The notes beneath the pieces are model-generated. The model saw only the letters and a program-made list of their open reading frames with translations. It was not told where the DNA came from and made no database searches. Shown here one piece after another: positions 27,660 to 38,397 of a DNA stretch of 64,000 nt. How positions within the stretch are numbered: the stretch's first letter is position 1; every line of letters begins with the position of its first letter. The DNA is from Spirochaetota bacterium (lineage in GTDB: Bacteria; Spirochaetota; UBA4802; UBA5550): contig OY760686.1 of the NCBI GenBank assembly GCA_963663865.1, positions 2,272,001 to 2,336,000 on the forward strand, read 5' to 3'. The translations under genes were made by a program, and so were the position numbers.

Positions 27660-29327
27660 CTACTGCCACAGTCCAAGTTGAGGCCCCAGATAGGCCTTCC
27701 AGAAATCAAACTGAGCGTCAGTAAGGGAAGGAAGAGGCTGAACTTCATCACCGAGCTCCATGAAGTCATAGGTCCCATCAGTGAAGGCATTCCACTGTGC
27801 CAGTCCCGTTCCGTTAGGATTACCGCTCCTGGCAAAATTTGCAAGATACGACGACATTTTGTCACCGAGGTCATAGTCGACCTGTTCCCACGGACGTGTT
27901 TCAGGATCATCGTAAAAATAGTTCAGGAAGTATGGAACATCAGCGGTGTGGAAAGCTCCGGCGGCAGCCACATCGCCCGCTGCCGGCATCTCCCGTGTAA
28001 AGTGATAGAGATATGTACTACCGGTGCCCTTCAGAGATCTTGCCTTTGCGAGACAGTAGAGCTGCATGTTCATTCTGTCAATGGGAACAACATTTGCGTT
28101 GAGGTCATTGGCCTCATCATCTGTGGCAGCCGGATATGCTGCAAGAAACTCGTCGGAGAGGTCTCCGTAAGCTGTTACAGCATTGGCCTGGAACTCGGCG
28201 AGAGTCACTGCCGCGGGTGGTCCAAACATGCTGGCGTCGCCAGTAACCGCCCCTGTCATCATCTCAACATCATTCTGAGTGCCGGCCTTGTAGGCATCTA
28301 TAGGACTATTTGTGAACACATGGTTGTCAAGGGTAACGCTGGAAGAGTATCCTCCGAACATTCCGCCTCCGCCGTAGGCGTTGGAGTAAGTTAAAAGGTC
28401 CTGTGCCGGAATGGCCCTGAGGTCGGCAAGGCTGCTTCCTGTACTGTAGTCCTCGTCAAACGATGAAGCTACCGCGAGTCCGATGGTCTCCTTGTCGGCA
28501 AGTGTAGACATGGTCGTAGTTATAGCATTCCCGCTCTCAGGTACAGCCCTGTGAAACAGCCCCTTCGCGAGTGGCGAGATACATAACATGTTTACGTTGC
28601 TTCCTCCAGCTGACTGACCCATTATTGTTACGTTCGAAGGATCTCCTCCAAACTGAGCAATATTGTTTTTAATCCACTTCAACGCGGCAATCTGGTCAAG
28701 AATCGCATAGTTGCCTGAAACACCGTCAGCTGATTCAGCTGAAAGATCGGGATGCACAAAAAATCCGAATATGCCTACTCTGTAATTGACTGATACATAA
28801 ACAACTCCCTTCCTGGCGATCTCGTCTCCCCAGTAAACCTCGCATGATGATCCCCCGCTTGTGTTGGCTCCGCCGTGTATATACATTATTACAGGCCTCT
28901 TGCCGTCCGTAGAGTTTCCATCTGTCCAGACGTTAAGAGACAGGCAGTCTTCACTGTAAGTCTTGTTGCTGATTATAAACTCGGTTGACCACATCATGAA
29001 TGGTTCCTGGGCATTCTGCACAGCGCTGCTTCCAAACTCTGTGCACGCCTTCACTCCCGTCCATGACTCAACCGGCTGGGGGACCTTCCATCTGAGATCG
29101 CCTACCGGCGGTGCAGCAAATGGTATTCCCTTAAATGCCATGACGGTAGACCCTTCGACCTCAACACCTGAGACCAAACCGCTGTTGAGTTCAACCTCTT
29201 CAGCGAGAACAAAGTCCTGATTATCGGGCAGATTGTCCTCTGGGTCATCATCCGAGTCCGAACATCCGATTGCCAGACCAAGAACGAGAATCTGCAATGG
29301 AACAAGTAACATTTTAAACCTGTTCAT
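27660..29327 (-). CDS. Type-B carboxylesterase, lipoprotein
   Basis: Lipobox IGC; FKGIPFAAPPVGDLRW, SEDCL, GQSAG, AFHTAD. Confidence 0.93.
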   Translation of the reverse strand: MNRFKMLLVPLQILVLGLAIGCSDSDDDPEDNLPDNQDFVLAEEVELNSGLVSGVEVEGSTVMAFKGIPFAAPPVGDLRWKVPQPVESWTGVKACTEFGSSAVQNAQEPFMMWSTEFIISNKTYSEDCLSLNVWTDGNSTDGKRPVIMYIHGGANTSGGSSCEVYWGDEIARKGVVYVSVNYRVGIFGFFVHPDLSAESADGVSGNYAILDQIAALKWIKNNIAQFGGDPSNVTIMGQSAGGSNVNMLCISPLAKGLFHRAVPESGNAITTTMSTLADKETIGLAVASSFDEDYSTGSSLADLRAIPAQDLLTYSNAYGGGGMFGGYSSSVTLDNHVFTNSPIDAYKAGTQNDVEMMTGAVTGDASMFGPPAAVTLAEFQANAVTAYGDLSDEFLAAYPAATDDEANDLNANVVPIDRMNMQLYCLAKARSLKGTGSTYLYHFTREMPAAGDVAAAGAFHTADVPYFLNYFYDDPETRPWEQVDYDLGDKMSSYLANFARSGNPNGTGLAQWNAFTDGTYDFMELGDEVQPLPSLTDAQFDFWKAYLGPQLGLWQ

Positions 29328-29855
29328 AGTATAAACCTCCTAAAATTTTGAGCATATTTTGAGCATATATATTACAAATTATGCTTACAACACCGGGTGT
29401 ATTAATATGAGTAATTTGCACAATACAACGTGCCTGGTTATCAGGATTTAATACGCTCAAAATTTTGATTCCAGATCTGACGGAATTTGAGAAAATTATG
29501 CTAATTTATTCCGGCATGTCTCATGATTCCTTGATATCCGATAAAAACTTAATTGAGAATTCCTGATATCAATGATTTCTTTTTTCTGTTTTCCGAAATA
29601 TAATATGCATTATTCTTATTCTTTGATATGGAACTCGAAAAAGAAACCTCATAACCATGAATATTTCTTAAAGATAGCTTGACTGTTTTTCATATACAGC
29701 ATCATGTTAAAGTGACCTGTTTCACAATCTATGGTGCGTTCCAGACCAGAGGCTGCGGCCCAGAGATTGCTTCATTCTGCAAAAATATCAGATGTAGAAC
29801 CTGAAGAGGGTCAGACTTGTCAGCATGATTTTAACAACCAAAAGGTACCACTGGT

Positions 29856-30875
29856 ATGAGATGCTTTTTAACAGGGGGGATGATGGCTCTCCTGCTGACG
29901 GTTCTATCTGCTTTCAACAGCACGCATGCATTCGCGCAGTCTGCCGGTACAAAAGAGGAAAGCTCCAACATTGTATCATATACTGACAGGCTCATCGTCC
30001 GTCCAATATTGATATTCCCCACCCTTGAACTCAGAATAGTCAGCAAAAACGATCCCGAAAAAGAAGATGACTCAAGCGGAATTTCCTACAATCCGCAGCC
30101 AAGGCTCAGCGCAGGGGCCGGGCTTTCATGGAAGGGATGGGGATTTTCTATCAGTGAAAGCTTAATCCCGCTTAATGCCAGTGACGGCTCTCAGGAGGGC
30201 AAAACTCAGGCACTTGACTTACAGTTTTTCAGCTATTTCAGAAAGTTTCATCTCGATGTATACTACCAGCATTACAGCGGCTACTACGCAACAACCAACA
30301 ATGTGGAGAAGTTCCGCTCAGACCTGAGCCTTACCAGTGCAGGAATAAATCTAATCTACGTCTTTTCGGACAGATTTTCCTTCAGATCATCGTTCAACCA
30401 GACTGAGCGTCAGATTGAGTCCTCAGGTTCATGGCTGGCAATGGCATCTTGCAGCTTTCTGAATATCTCAAGCGGCTACTCACTGATCCCGCCTGAGCAG
30501 GAAGAAATGTTCGGGACGGACAGCGGATACAGAGGAGGAAAATACAAAAGCATTTCCCTGCTCGGCGGCTACTCATATACCTTCATATTCTTTAAGCGCT
30601 GGTACACTACCCTCGCACTTCTTGTCGGGGGAGGATGGATGTATCAGGACTATACTGTCGCTGCTGGAAACGTCGAGGCCCATTCTCTTTCGAGCAAGTA
30701 CAACGGAAGGCTTGCCTTCGGATATTCTGGAGAAAAATACTTCGCCGGCATTCTGTCTATCATAGACATACACTCAACAGAGCCATTTTTAGGTTTATAC
30801 CGAAGAAAGGGTGAAGTAGTTACAGTTACCCGCATGACCGTTTACGGCGAAGCCTTCGCGGGAATTAGATTTTGA
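29856..30875 (+). CDS. DUF4421-like outer-membrane beta-barrel protein
   Basis: Signal peptide, YYQHYSGYY, FNQTERQIESSGSW, C-terminal GIRF. Confidence 0.75.
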   Translation: MRCFLTGGMMALLLTVLSAFNSTHAFAQSAGTKEESSNIVSYTDRLIVRPILIFPTLELRIVSKNDPEKEDDSSGISYNPQPRLSAGAGLSWKGWGFSISESLIPLNASDGSQEGKTQALDLQFFSYFRKFHLDVYYQHYSGYYATTNNVEKFRSDLSLTSAGINLIYVFSDRFSFRSSFNQTERQIESSGSWLAMASCSFLNISSGYSLIPPEQEEMFGTDSGYRGGKYKSISLLGGYSYTFIFFKRWYTTLALLVGGGWMYQDYTVAAGNVEAHSLSSKYNGRLAFGYSGEKYFAGILSIIDIHSTEPFLGLYRRKGEVVTVTRMTVYGEAFAGIRF

Positions 30876-31515
30876 CACACGTTTCATATTCTGAGAAATC
30901 TTTAATAATTGGATAATTGAACAGGCTATAATCTTCGTTATTTGAGTTTACAATAATTATCTCCCCGGCTTTTGCTGCAATAGCCGAGTTAATCCCTGCC
31001 ACAGAGTCTTCAAAAATGACCACATCCTCCGGGCTCATATTTAATTTATGTATCGCAATATTAAAAATCTCCGGATCGGGCTTGCTCTTTATTGTTCCAT
31101 CATTGTAGATGATTAAGTCAATATCAAACCATTTCAGCAGATTAAATCTATTGATGTAGAAATCAACATTCTCTTTACCGGCTGAAGTAGCGATTGCAAA
31201 AGGTATTCTATTATGCTTACAGTATTCGAATAATTCTATAGCTCCATCGGCCAGCTTAACATCCGCTTCCAGGCATAATTTGCGGTAAATCGACTCCTTC
31301 TCTTCCGACAACTGAGTCATGGCCAGTGAATCGAACTTTTTATTGAACAAACTCGTGAATATGTCCTGATTGGTTTTACCATGAATAACATGGTTTTTTT
31401 CCTCATCAGATAAATTTATATTATACTGTTTAAGAAAATCATCCCAGGCCCTGTTGTGCAGATGAGTGTCCCATAGCAAAGTACCATTAAAGTCAAAAAT
31501 CACGGCTTTCTTCAT
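30865..31515 (-). CDS. HAD-family phosphatase (beta-PGM-like)
   Basis: IFDFNGT, ATSA, KPDPEIF, FEDS; likely start 31515 (ORF track starts at 31566). Confidence 0.9.
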   Translation of the reverse strand: MKKAVIFDFNGTLLWDTHLHNRAWDDFLKQYNINLSDEEKNHVIHGKTNQDIFTSLFNKKFDSLAMTQLSEEKESIYRKLCLEADVKLADGAIELFEYCKHNRIPFAIATSAGKENVDFYINRFNLLKWFDIDLIIYNDGTIKSKPDPEIFNIAIHKLNMSPEDVVIFEDSVAGINSAIAAKAGEIIIVNSNNEDYSLFNYPIIKDFSEYETCVKI

Positions 31516-31810
31516 CAGAAATACCCCCATTATTAAAACAACCCACCTGCCTATGACCACCATCATGATACTTATATTTCAGAACAAAGGCCTTCAACGA
31601 TCAAATATAATAATTACAAAATATCTGTCAATCATAGTATTGTTCGAATTATTGCAAAAGGGAAACAAGGACTGCAAGCTATTTGTGAATGTTAAGCGCT
31701 CGGATTATTTCCGGCAATCTGGCATAGTCCGGATACAACACGCCACCCTGTTAAGCCAGCAATAATCCCGGCTCAACAGGGTGAATGACGGTAATATCCT
31801 CAATATTGTT

Positions 31811-33412
31811 CTATTTCTTAATATTTTTAAACGCTTGATCAAGTATGCCTTGAGAAGGCGGTCTGGAAAAAAACGTAACGGCAACCGCAGTAAGTGCTGA
31901 CACAGGCAGCGCCAGTATAAGCGGATCGAGATTCTGTAAAGCAGGTACAAGTGTATCAGTTCCGAACAGCATTCTGCACAGCCCCAGCGGTTTTGACTCC
32001 TTGATATGGATAAAAATCAGAGAAAAAAGGCTTATGCCGATTCCTGTCCAGAAACTTGCAAGCGCGGCTGCTGCTGTCATTCTCTTTGAATAAAGCGCCC
32101 CGACAAACATTGGCAAAAATGATGACGCACATAATCCGAAAAATATCGCTGTTCCCGTTGCAATTATCGCTGTTCCCTCCTGATAGAACAACGGAAGCCC
32201 TAAAGCTAACAGCGTCGAAAACATGATCGCCGCAATCATGGCAAGTTTGTTCACTGTCATCGAATCCTTAATCTTTACCTTCAATCCTTTTTCCAGAAAA
32301 TCCCGGCCGAAGGCTGAACCCATTGAGTGAAACTGACTTGATAGAGTTGACATGGCAGCCGCCAAAAGCGTAATCATAAAGAGTGAGGTAAACCACCAGG
32401 GCATGGCGTCATTAATAAACAAGGGGATAATAGCATCAGTCTTTTTATCTGCAGCCATAAGAGCTATTTTCCCGGTATGCTCAAAAAAATAGACGTTGGC
32501 AAGAGCCCCTACAACAAAAGCGACTCCCGTCATCATCATTATAAATACACCGCCTGCCAGGACAGCCCTGTTAAGCTCATGTCCGCTTTTGACTGTCATG
32601 AACCTGACAACAAGCTGCGGCTGAGCCAATACTCCGATACCGACACCAAGCACAATTGTGGTTACTAGCTGCTGCCAGAGAGGCGACAGGAACACCGGCA
32701 TTGCCGTCCACCCCTGATGACCGGCACCTCCCCAGGTCTTAACAGCCTCCGGTGCCAGAGAAGTAAGCTTGGCATGCGCTGCGACGATACCGCCTGTGGA
32801 AGAATATATCGTTACAAGAAGGATTGTCATACTGACAAACATGATCGTGCCCTGAAAAGCGTCAGTATACATAACACCGCGCATACCCCCCATAATAACA
32901 TACATCGCTACAATACCAACAAACACTACAAGGGAAACCTCATAGGGTATAGCGAGTGTCGTTGACATAAACTGAGCCCCGCCCAGAATGATTGCAGCGG
33001 CATATAAGGGCATTGCCAGAAAAATCAGAAGCCCTCCGGCTGTCTGTAAAAATTGCGAATCAAAGCGCCTTCCAAGCAGTTCAGGAAATGTGTGTGCGTC
33101 AAGATTGTGGCCCATTTTTCGTGTACGCAAACCGAAAAACACAAAGGCTATGAAGATACCCACAAAGATGTTCAGAACCGTCAACCAGAGGACACCCATA
33201 CCGAAAACGGCAGCTGCCCCCCCAAATCCAACGATTGCGGATGTACTGATAAAAGTTGCACCGTAAGATATTGCCATTATCATCGGATGTATTCTGCGAC
33301 CGGCAAGCAAATAATCAGAGGTGCTCTTCGTCCGCTTGTATCCGCGATATCCCAAAAAGGCTATAACCGATAGATAGAGAATGACGATAAAAACGAGAAA
33401 AATCATATTCAT
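31811..33412 (-). CDS. Sodium:solute symporter (SSS family)
   Basis: About 13 TM helices; DYLLAGR, GGMRGVMYTD, QPQLVVRF, AAAMSTLSS. Confidence 0.93.
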   Translation of the reverse strand: MNMIFLVFIVILYLSVIAFLGYRGYKRTKSTSDYLLAGRRIHPMIMAISYGATFISTSAIVGFGGAAAVFGMGVLWLTVLNIFVGIFIAFVFFGLRTRKMGHNLDAHTFPELLGRRFDSQFLQTAGGLLIFLAMPLYAAAIILGGAQFMSTTLAIPYEVSLVVFVGIVAMYVIMGGMRGVMYTDAFQGTIMFVSMTILLVTIYSSTGGIVAAHAKLTSLAPEAVKTWGGAGHQGWTAMPVFLSPLWQQLVTTIVLGVGIGVLAQPQLVVRFMTVKSGHELNRAVLAGGVFIMMMTGVAFVVGALANVYFFEHTGKIALMAADKKTDAIIPLFINDAMPWWFTSLFMITLLAAAMSTLSSQFHSMGSAFGRDFLEKGLKVKIKDSMTVNKLAMIAAIMFSTLLALGLPLFYQEGTAIIATGTAIFFGLCASSFLPMFVGALYSKRMTAAAALASFWTGIGISLFSLIFIHIKESKPLGLCRMLFGTDTLVPALQNLDPLILALPVSALTAVAVTFFSRPPSQGILDQAFKNIKK

Positions 33413-33594
33413 TGTATATCTCCTTCCTTGAGTTCCGGATCATTTTTTTCCCAATTAAGCTCCTCAGTAATTTCAGACTCTTCATCCTCTCTCGGTTTAT
33501 TCCAGTTTAGAATACCGTAGACAACACATACACCCGCGGAGACTATCGTCCCCACATAAGCCAGGGTCACTCCCCAATCCTGAAAACCCAGCAT
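33409..33594 (-). CDS. Symporter small accessory membrane protein
   Basis: MLGFQDWGVTLAY...CVVYGILNWNK; GGAGG RBS; overlaps the symporter start. Confidence 0.85.
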   Translation of the reverse strand: MLGFQDWGVTLAYVGTIVSAGVCVVYGILNWNKPREDEESEITEELNWEKNDPELKEGDIQ

Positions 33595-33859
33595 GATAAT
33601 ACCTCCTCCGTTTTTCAAACCATCCTTCAACAGGTGTTTTTCCGGCATTTATATACATTTTTTAGATTATGTCAATCATGGAAAATATTTGAATAATTAA
33701 TTTTACAACCAGCTTTTCGTTACTTCGTTAAGAGGTTAAATTATCACAGGATACATCTTCTGATCATGTGAGCAATCATCCACTAGCAGTAAAGCTGTGG
33801 GCTTTCATAATTAAATTCCGTCACCTGCGACAAAAAACAGCATTTAACACTGTCAAAAC

Positions 33860-34279
33860 CTACTTGTGCCGCATATATACCGGGAAATAAATGAAGACAG
33901 CGATAAGCAGACCGTATAAGGTCGTAAAGAGTGCAACAGGCAGAATGTTTTCCAATGGGACGTTTTGTTGAGCTAAAACACCTGTTATGAAGCCATGTAT
34001 TGAGGAACATATACCCAGGACTATCGTGGAGATTGTTAATCCACCAAAGATTTTTTTCACATTCTGGTTTTTTTCTCTTTCCAGTCTAAATGAAAATATC
34101 TCCTTCAAACCATACAGAAAATCTTTAAAATGCCCCGAACTGAAAGCACATGCAGATATTAGGGACCCGATAAAAACAAAAAAAAGACTGTCCCAATTAA
34201 TAAAATTATGCACACTTCCAGCGAAATATGAATAGATCAGAAATAAACCTGTTATTAAGACAAAAGATAGAAATATCAT
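33860..34279 (-). CDS. Small membrane protein, MotA/TolQ-like
   Basis: FINWDSLFFVFIGS and VALFTTLYG segments; 4 TM. Confidence 0.6.
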   Translation of the reverse strand: MIFLSFVLITGLFLIYSYFAGSVHNFINWDSLFFVFIGSLISACAFSSGHFKDFLYGLKEIFSFRLEREKNQNVKKIFGGLTISTIVLGICSSIHGFITGVLAQQNVPLENILPVALFTTLYGLLIAVFIYFPVYMRHK

Positions 34280-34315
34280 TACCTGACCTTCATTTTAAAT
34301 TCTGGATGTTATACA

Positions 34316-34690
34316 CTATTTCTCGTCAAATCTAATTGCCCTGGATAGTGTCTTCCGAACGGGACAAGTACGTATGATTTCTTTTATTTGCGATTCAATT
34401 TCAGAAGATATATTTTCACCCTTGATTTCAACGTGATATTCAAAAATTGCATCCGTCATATTATCTCTTCTCAGATTTACTTTCGTTACTACACTGGTAT
34501 CATTAATACTCATTCTATTTAATTCATTTTGGATACTTATGTTAAGACAAGATGCAAATGCAGCCTCCAACAACTCATGCGGTCTAATGTAATTTCCGCT
34601 CCCCCCTTTATCTGTGGTTGTATCAACAAATATTTCATGTTCAACTATTTTGGTCTTGAAACTGTCTCCGGTATTCTCAGTTACTATCAT
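34316..34690 (-). CDS. OsmC family protein
   Basis: RPHELLEAAFASC and CPVRKTL cysteine pair. Confidence 0.9.
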   Translation of the reverse strand: MIVTENTGDSFKTKIVEHEIFVDTTTDKGGSGNYIRPHELLEAAFASCLNISIQNELNRMSINDTSVVTKVNLRRDNMTDAIFEYHVEIKGENISSEIESQIKEIIRTCPVRKTLSRAIRFDEK

Positions 34691-34756
34691 TTTATTAGTC
34701 CTTTTTCACTCCACCTGATATCCTCTGTGTTCACGATTTAATCCTTTTTACGATGC

Positions 34757-35118
34757 TTACTTGTTCTGAAAAAACTGAACAGTAAAGCCGTCAGGGTCTT
34801 TGACGAGGAAGTAGCTTCCTCCGGGGACCTCTACCGGGCCCGAGTGAATCTGAATGCCCGAGTCAGTGAACTTATTAATGACGGCTTCAACCGATTCAGC
34901 TTCGAAACCAATTGAGACGGTGTTAACTTGAGCGCTATCGACTGAATCGTTTATAAGCTCAAGAAGGGCCTCTCCTCACCTGGGTTGCCCATGAAGGCTA
35001 TCTCGATCGACGGGCCGGCCTTAAACCTGTTCAGCACCTTAAGCTCTGCCATCTCTGAATAGAACTTAATCGACCTGTCAAGATCGGCGACATGCAAAGT
35101 CGTCCATAAAATCTTCAT
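34757..35118 (-). pseudogene. VOC/glyoxalase family gene with a frameshift
   Basis: N-half MKILWTTLHVADLDRSIKFY... continues in another frame as EALLELIND...YFLVKDPDGFTVQF*; the shift is near 34968-34978. Confidence 0.8.
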
Positions 35119-35201
35119 AGTTAATTCTCCGGATTTATTGTTTTTCGTTATACGGCATTTTTTAAAGTCTCTGTCAAGGTTATTCCTAATATTTGTGCGC
35201 A

Positions 35202-36164
35202 TCATTGGACTTCGAATCCCATTTTTTTCAGCATGAATATATCATCACCCGTACTTATCCCGTAAGTAGTTAGCATATCTCCTGTTATGGCCGCGTTAGC
35301 TCCAGAGCGGAAGCACCTCTGCCCTCCGTCCGGCATCAGGCCTCTTCCTCCCGCAAGCCTGATAAAGGCGCAGGGCAGGATAAAGCGGTAAATAGCTACG
35401 GTGCGGCAAACCTCATCGTAAACCGTAACCGCATTGTCCTCAAACGGCGTGCCCGGAATCGGATTGAGCAGATTGACCGGAACGGATACCGCTCCAAGCT
35501 CCCGGAGTTCAAGGGCCATATCAACTCGGTCCTCGATTGTCTCTCCAAGTCCGATTATGCCTCCGCTGCATACCTCGAGACCAGCTTCCCTGGCAGCGCG
35601 TATTGAGGTGAGCTTGTGGTCATAACTGTGAGTTGTGCATATTCGCGGGAAGAACCGGCGTGAGGTTTCAAGGTTATTGTGAATTCTCGTAATTCCGGCC
35701 TCCCTGAGCCTTTCGAACTGCCGCCCGTCAAGAAGCCCGATAGACGCGCAAACCTTGAGTACAGTTTTCGCTTTAACTGTTTCAACAGCGGAACAGATGA
35801 GTTCTATCTCATCATCCGATATTTTTCTTCCCGAAGCAACAATCGAGAAACGGCTTACCCCTTCGTTGTAATTTCTTACGGCTGAATCCACAATCCTTTT
35901 TTCTTCCAGCGGATAGAACTCCACCGCACTGAGATTGCCTGATACCGACTGGGCGCAGAAGCGGCAGTCCTCGCTGCACAGACCGCTTTTTGCGTTTACG
36001 ATGGCGCAAAGTTCAACAGCGCTGCCGCAAAACCGCTCGCGTATTTCATCAGCCGCGCTGCATAGCGCTTCCAGAGGCGCCTCCGCAAGCTCTAATACCT
36101 CTTCCCTGCCGGGATATTCTCCGTCAAGGACCCTGTTTTTAAGATCATCAAGTATTATCACCAC
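35202..36164 (-). CDS. bioB: Biotin synthase
   Basis: NAKSGLCSEDCRFCAQS, HNNLETS, CSGGIIGLGE, RLAGGR, GDMLTT. Confidence 0.96.
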   Translation of the reverse strand: MVIILDDLKNRVLDGEYPGREEVLELAEAPLEALCSAADEIRERFCGSAVELCAIVNAKSGLCSEDCRFCAQSVSGNLSAVEFYPLEEKRIVDSAVRNYNEGVSRFSIVASGRKISDDEIELICSAVETVKAKTVLKVCASIGLLDGRQFERLREAGITRIHNNLETSRRFFPRICTTHSYDHKLTSIRAAREAGLEVCSGGIIGLGETIEDRVDMALELRELGAVSVPVNLLNPIPGTPFEDNAVTVYDEVCRTVAIYRFILPCAFIRLAGGRGLMPDGGQRCFRSGANAAITGDMLTTYGISTGDDIFMLKKMGFEVQ

Positions 36165-36401
36165 AGCTCCAATATGTCATTTATGCTGGTTTTAATTTCC
36201 ACATTTGTTATTCTTAAAAACAAAGCAAATTTTTCAAGATATTATTTCAGCATATCATCTGCCCTGCGATTATTCTTTAGTGTGACCAACAGATGAATCT
36301 AACATATAATTTTTATATTAAACTATTGTTTAAAAAATGTTGACAGTAATAAGTTTTTATTTACAAACAGCTCTATTATTGTAATTACTGGTGGAGGACT
36401 C

Positions 36402-36749
36402 ATGAAATTGCTCTTTAAAAACTCTCAGCTTTTAATTGCAATCGCCTCATTCCTTGCACAGGGATGTTCCAGTACAACCCGAATTAACAGCGTGCCAAAG
36501 GGCGCAAAGGTATACATAGACGATCAGTATAAGGGAGTTACGCCTTACGACTACAGCGACACGAAAATTGTCGGCTCTCCCACAAGGATCAGGCTCGTCA
36601 AAGAGGGTTACGAGGAATTTCATACTACCATTCAGAGAAGTGAAAGCTTTCAGCCATGTGCCTGCGCGGGCGGAGTCGTCTTCCTCGTTCCATTTCTCTG
36701 GATAATGGGCTACAATCCCGACCGCACCTATGAGATGAACAAAGAGTAA
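36402..36749 (+). CDS. PEGA-domain lipoprotein
   Basis: Lipobox QGC; INSVPKGAKVYID...GVTP...LVKEGY. Confidence 0.85.
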   Translation: MKLLFKNSQLLIAIASFLAQGCSSTTRINSVPKGAKVYIDDQYKGVTPYDYSDTKIVGSPTRIRLVKEGYEEFHTTIQRSESFQPCACAGGVVFLVPFLWIMGYNPDRTYEMNKE

Positions 36750-36780
36750 AAGAACAAATTAAACGGATACAAGGGAATAA

Positions 36781-37848
36781 ATGAAATTCATTCTTCTTTC
36801 CGCCTTTATATCAATCTCGAGCCTGGCGTCAGCGGACGAAATCGTTCTTTCAGGCGGCAAAATAATTCAGTGTGAGATCCGTTCCGTGACAGCAACTGAA
36901 ATATCTTACTCTGAAAGAAACTCTCTTCCAGGCTCGTTCACTACAGTCCCCAGAGAGTCCGTTCGGAAGATTATTTACACTGGCGGAAAGGAAGTTGACG
37001 TTCCCTCACTGGAAAACAACGACGCTGAAAAAATCACCATCCTCCCCATAGAAAAAGAAAAACAACCCGCAACCGAAGACGAAGAAAGCCAAAAGAAAGA
37101 CGAATCGTTTCTAATGAGGATAAGCCTTATCGGAAACCAGGGGACAACCTCAGTCAACATTTTCGACAACAATGACAACCAGATTGCCGACGGTACCGGT
37201 CGGATTTCACAGAGAATTATAAGGACTTCGTTCGACCCGCTGAAAACTGACGTGTTCATAAGCCCGGAGCTGGGATACTTCTTCAGGAAGGTCAGCGTTA
37301 AGGACTATTCGTACAATGTTGAAAGCTCAAATGCCGGGGTCGAAGGCTTTATTCCCGGTATTGTAACATCACCCGAGACTGGGGAGGTCGTTTCGAAGGA
37401 CTCCCTCTCTTCGCTCGCCTATGAAGCAGAATTTCATTCATTCTTTCTCGACATGAAGGCCGGAGCTAACCTTGTCACAAGGGAACCGGGGCTTAAGCTT
37501 TTTTTTAATCCCTACGTTTACGGAAGCATCGCCGAACTCAGAAAGTCGACATTCACCTTCGACTACTTCGCCGGTGAACGCGAGTTTAATTCATCGTTCA
37601 AGTTTGCTTTTTTCAGCTCCTTCGGCTTTGGCTTTGAGGTCGGGTTTTATTATCCGTCAATAAGAACAGGGATTCAGTTCGGCTACGACAGACGCTACAT
37701 AAACAGGTTCAGCATTCCGGACAATGTTGTTTTCATGGAGGTCTACGACGATGAAGAGCTCAACATCAAAAGGACAAGGGAGATGAAGCCGGCCAAAACC
37801 GACATTGTCGCCGACATATTCACATTCTCTGTTTTCTACTGCATTTGA
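36781..37848 (+). CDS. Exported protein, probable outer-membrane beta-barrel
   Basis: Signal peptide, ADEIVL N-domain, beta-rich C-terminal part. Confidence 0.6.
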   Translation: MKFILLSAFISISSLASADEIVLSGGKIIQCEIRSVTATEISYSERNSLPGSFTTVPRESVRKIIYTGGKEVDVPSLENNDAEKITILPIEKEKQPATEDEESQKKDESFLMRISLIGNQGTTSVNIFDNNDNQIADGTGRISQRIIRTSFDPLKTDVFISPELGYFFRKVSVKDYSYNVESSNAGVEGFIPGIVTSPETGEVVSKDSLSSLAYEAEFHSFFLDMKAGANLVTREPGLKLFFNPYVYGSIAELRKSTFTFDYFAGEREFNSSFKFAFFSSFGFGFEVGFYYPSIRTGIQFGYDRRYINRFSIPDNVVFMEVYDDEELNIKRTREMKPAKTDIVADIFTFSVFYCI

Positions 37849-37851
37849 GGG

Positions 37852-38397
37852 ATGCCGCTTATGACACACAGATATAAGTTACATTTAATTATCGGTTTTC
37901 TTTTTACGTCTCTTGCCCTGGCTTCCTGCGCGGACGACGCGGATTCCGGTTACGCTCCATGCGATCAGCCTCCGGAGCTCACCGTTATAAACAGAAGCAG
38001 CTACGTCATAGACGCGCTTTACCTTCACAGGACCGTGGACTACTCGGGAAGCACATCAATTCTTGAAACACCAATGGACCCGGCCATTCCCGAGTCCATG
38101 ACGTTCACGATTGATTTGAATGACGCCGATTCCCGGTACATAACTTTCATCAGAAAGGATTCCATGGGGGAAGATATCGCCGTGACAACCTTTACGCCTG
38201 TAGAATTTGTCGAATGCGTCAAATACAAGCTGAACCTTCTTGAGCTCGATTTCTTTCTGGAAACATCTGACAACTATAACGGCGATGTTGATCCGGAGAC
38301 CGAGTCTTCGTATACACTTATCAACGAGATTACAGAGAAAAAGACCAGCGGCCTGACATGTTCACCGTCTTCAGCGAGGCAGCCTCATGAAGACTAA
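37852..38397 (+). CDS. Hypothetical lipoprotein
   Basis: Lipobox LASC. Confidence 0.65.
   Translation: MPLMTHRYKLHLIIGFLFTSLALASCADDADSGYAPCDQPPELTVINRSSYVIDALYLHRTVDYSGSTSILETPMDPAIPESMTFTIDLNDADSRYITFIRKDSMGEDIAVTTFTPVEFVECVKYKLNLLELDFFLETSDNYNGDVDPETESSYTLINEITEKKTSGLTCSPSSARQPHED

Noticed and set aside
27558-28394. 278 aa plus-strand ORF and other long antisense ORFs (e.g. 59293-60168, 55770-56273)
   Set aside because: Shadows of well-supported opposite-strand genes, with no recognisable motifs.
29345-29366. ATTTTGAGCAT tandem duplication upstream of the esterase
   Set aside because: Two copies only; consistent with slippage and no evidence of function.
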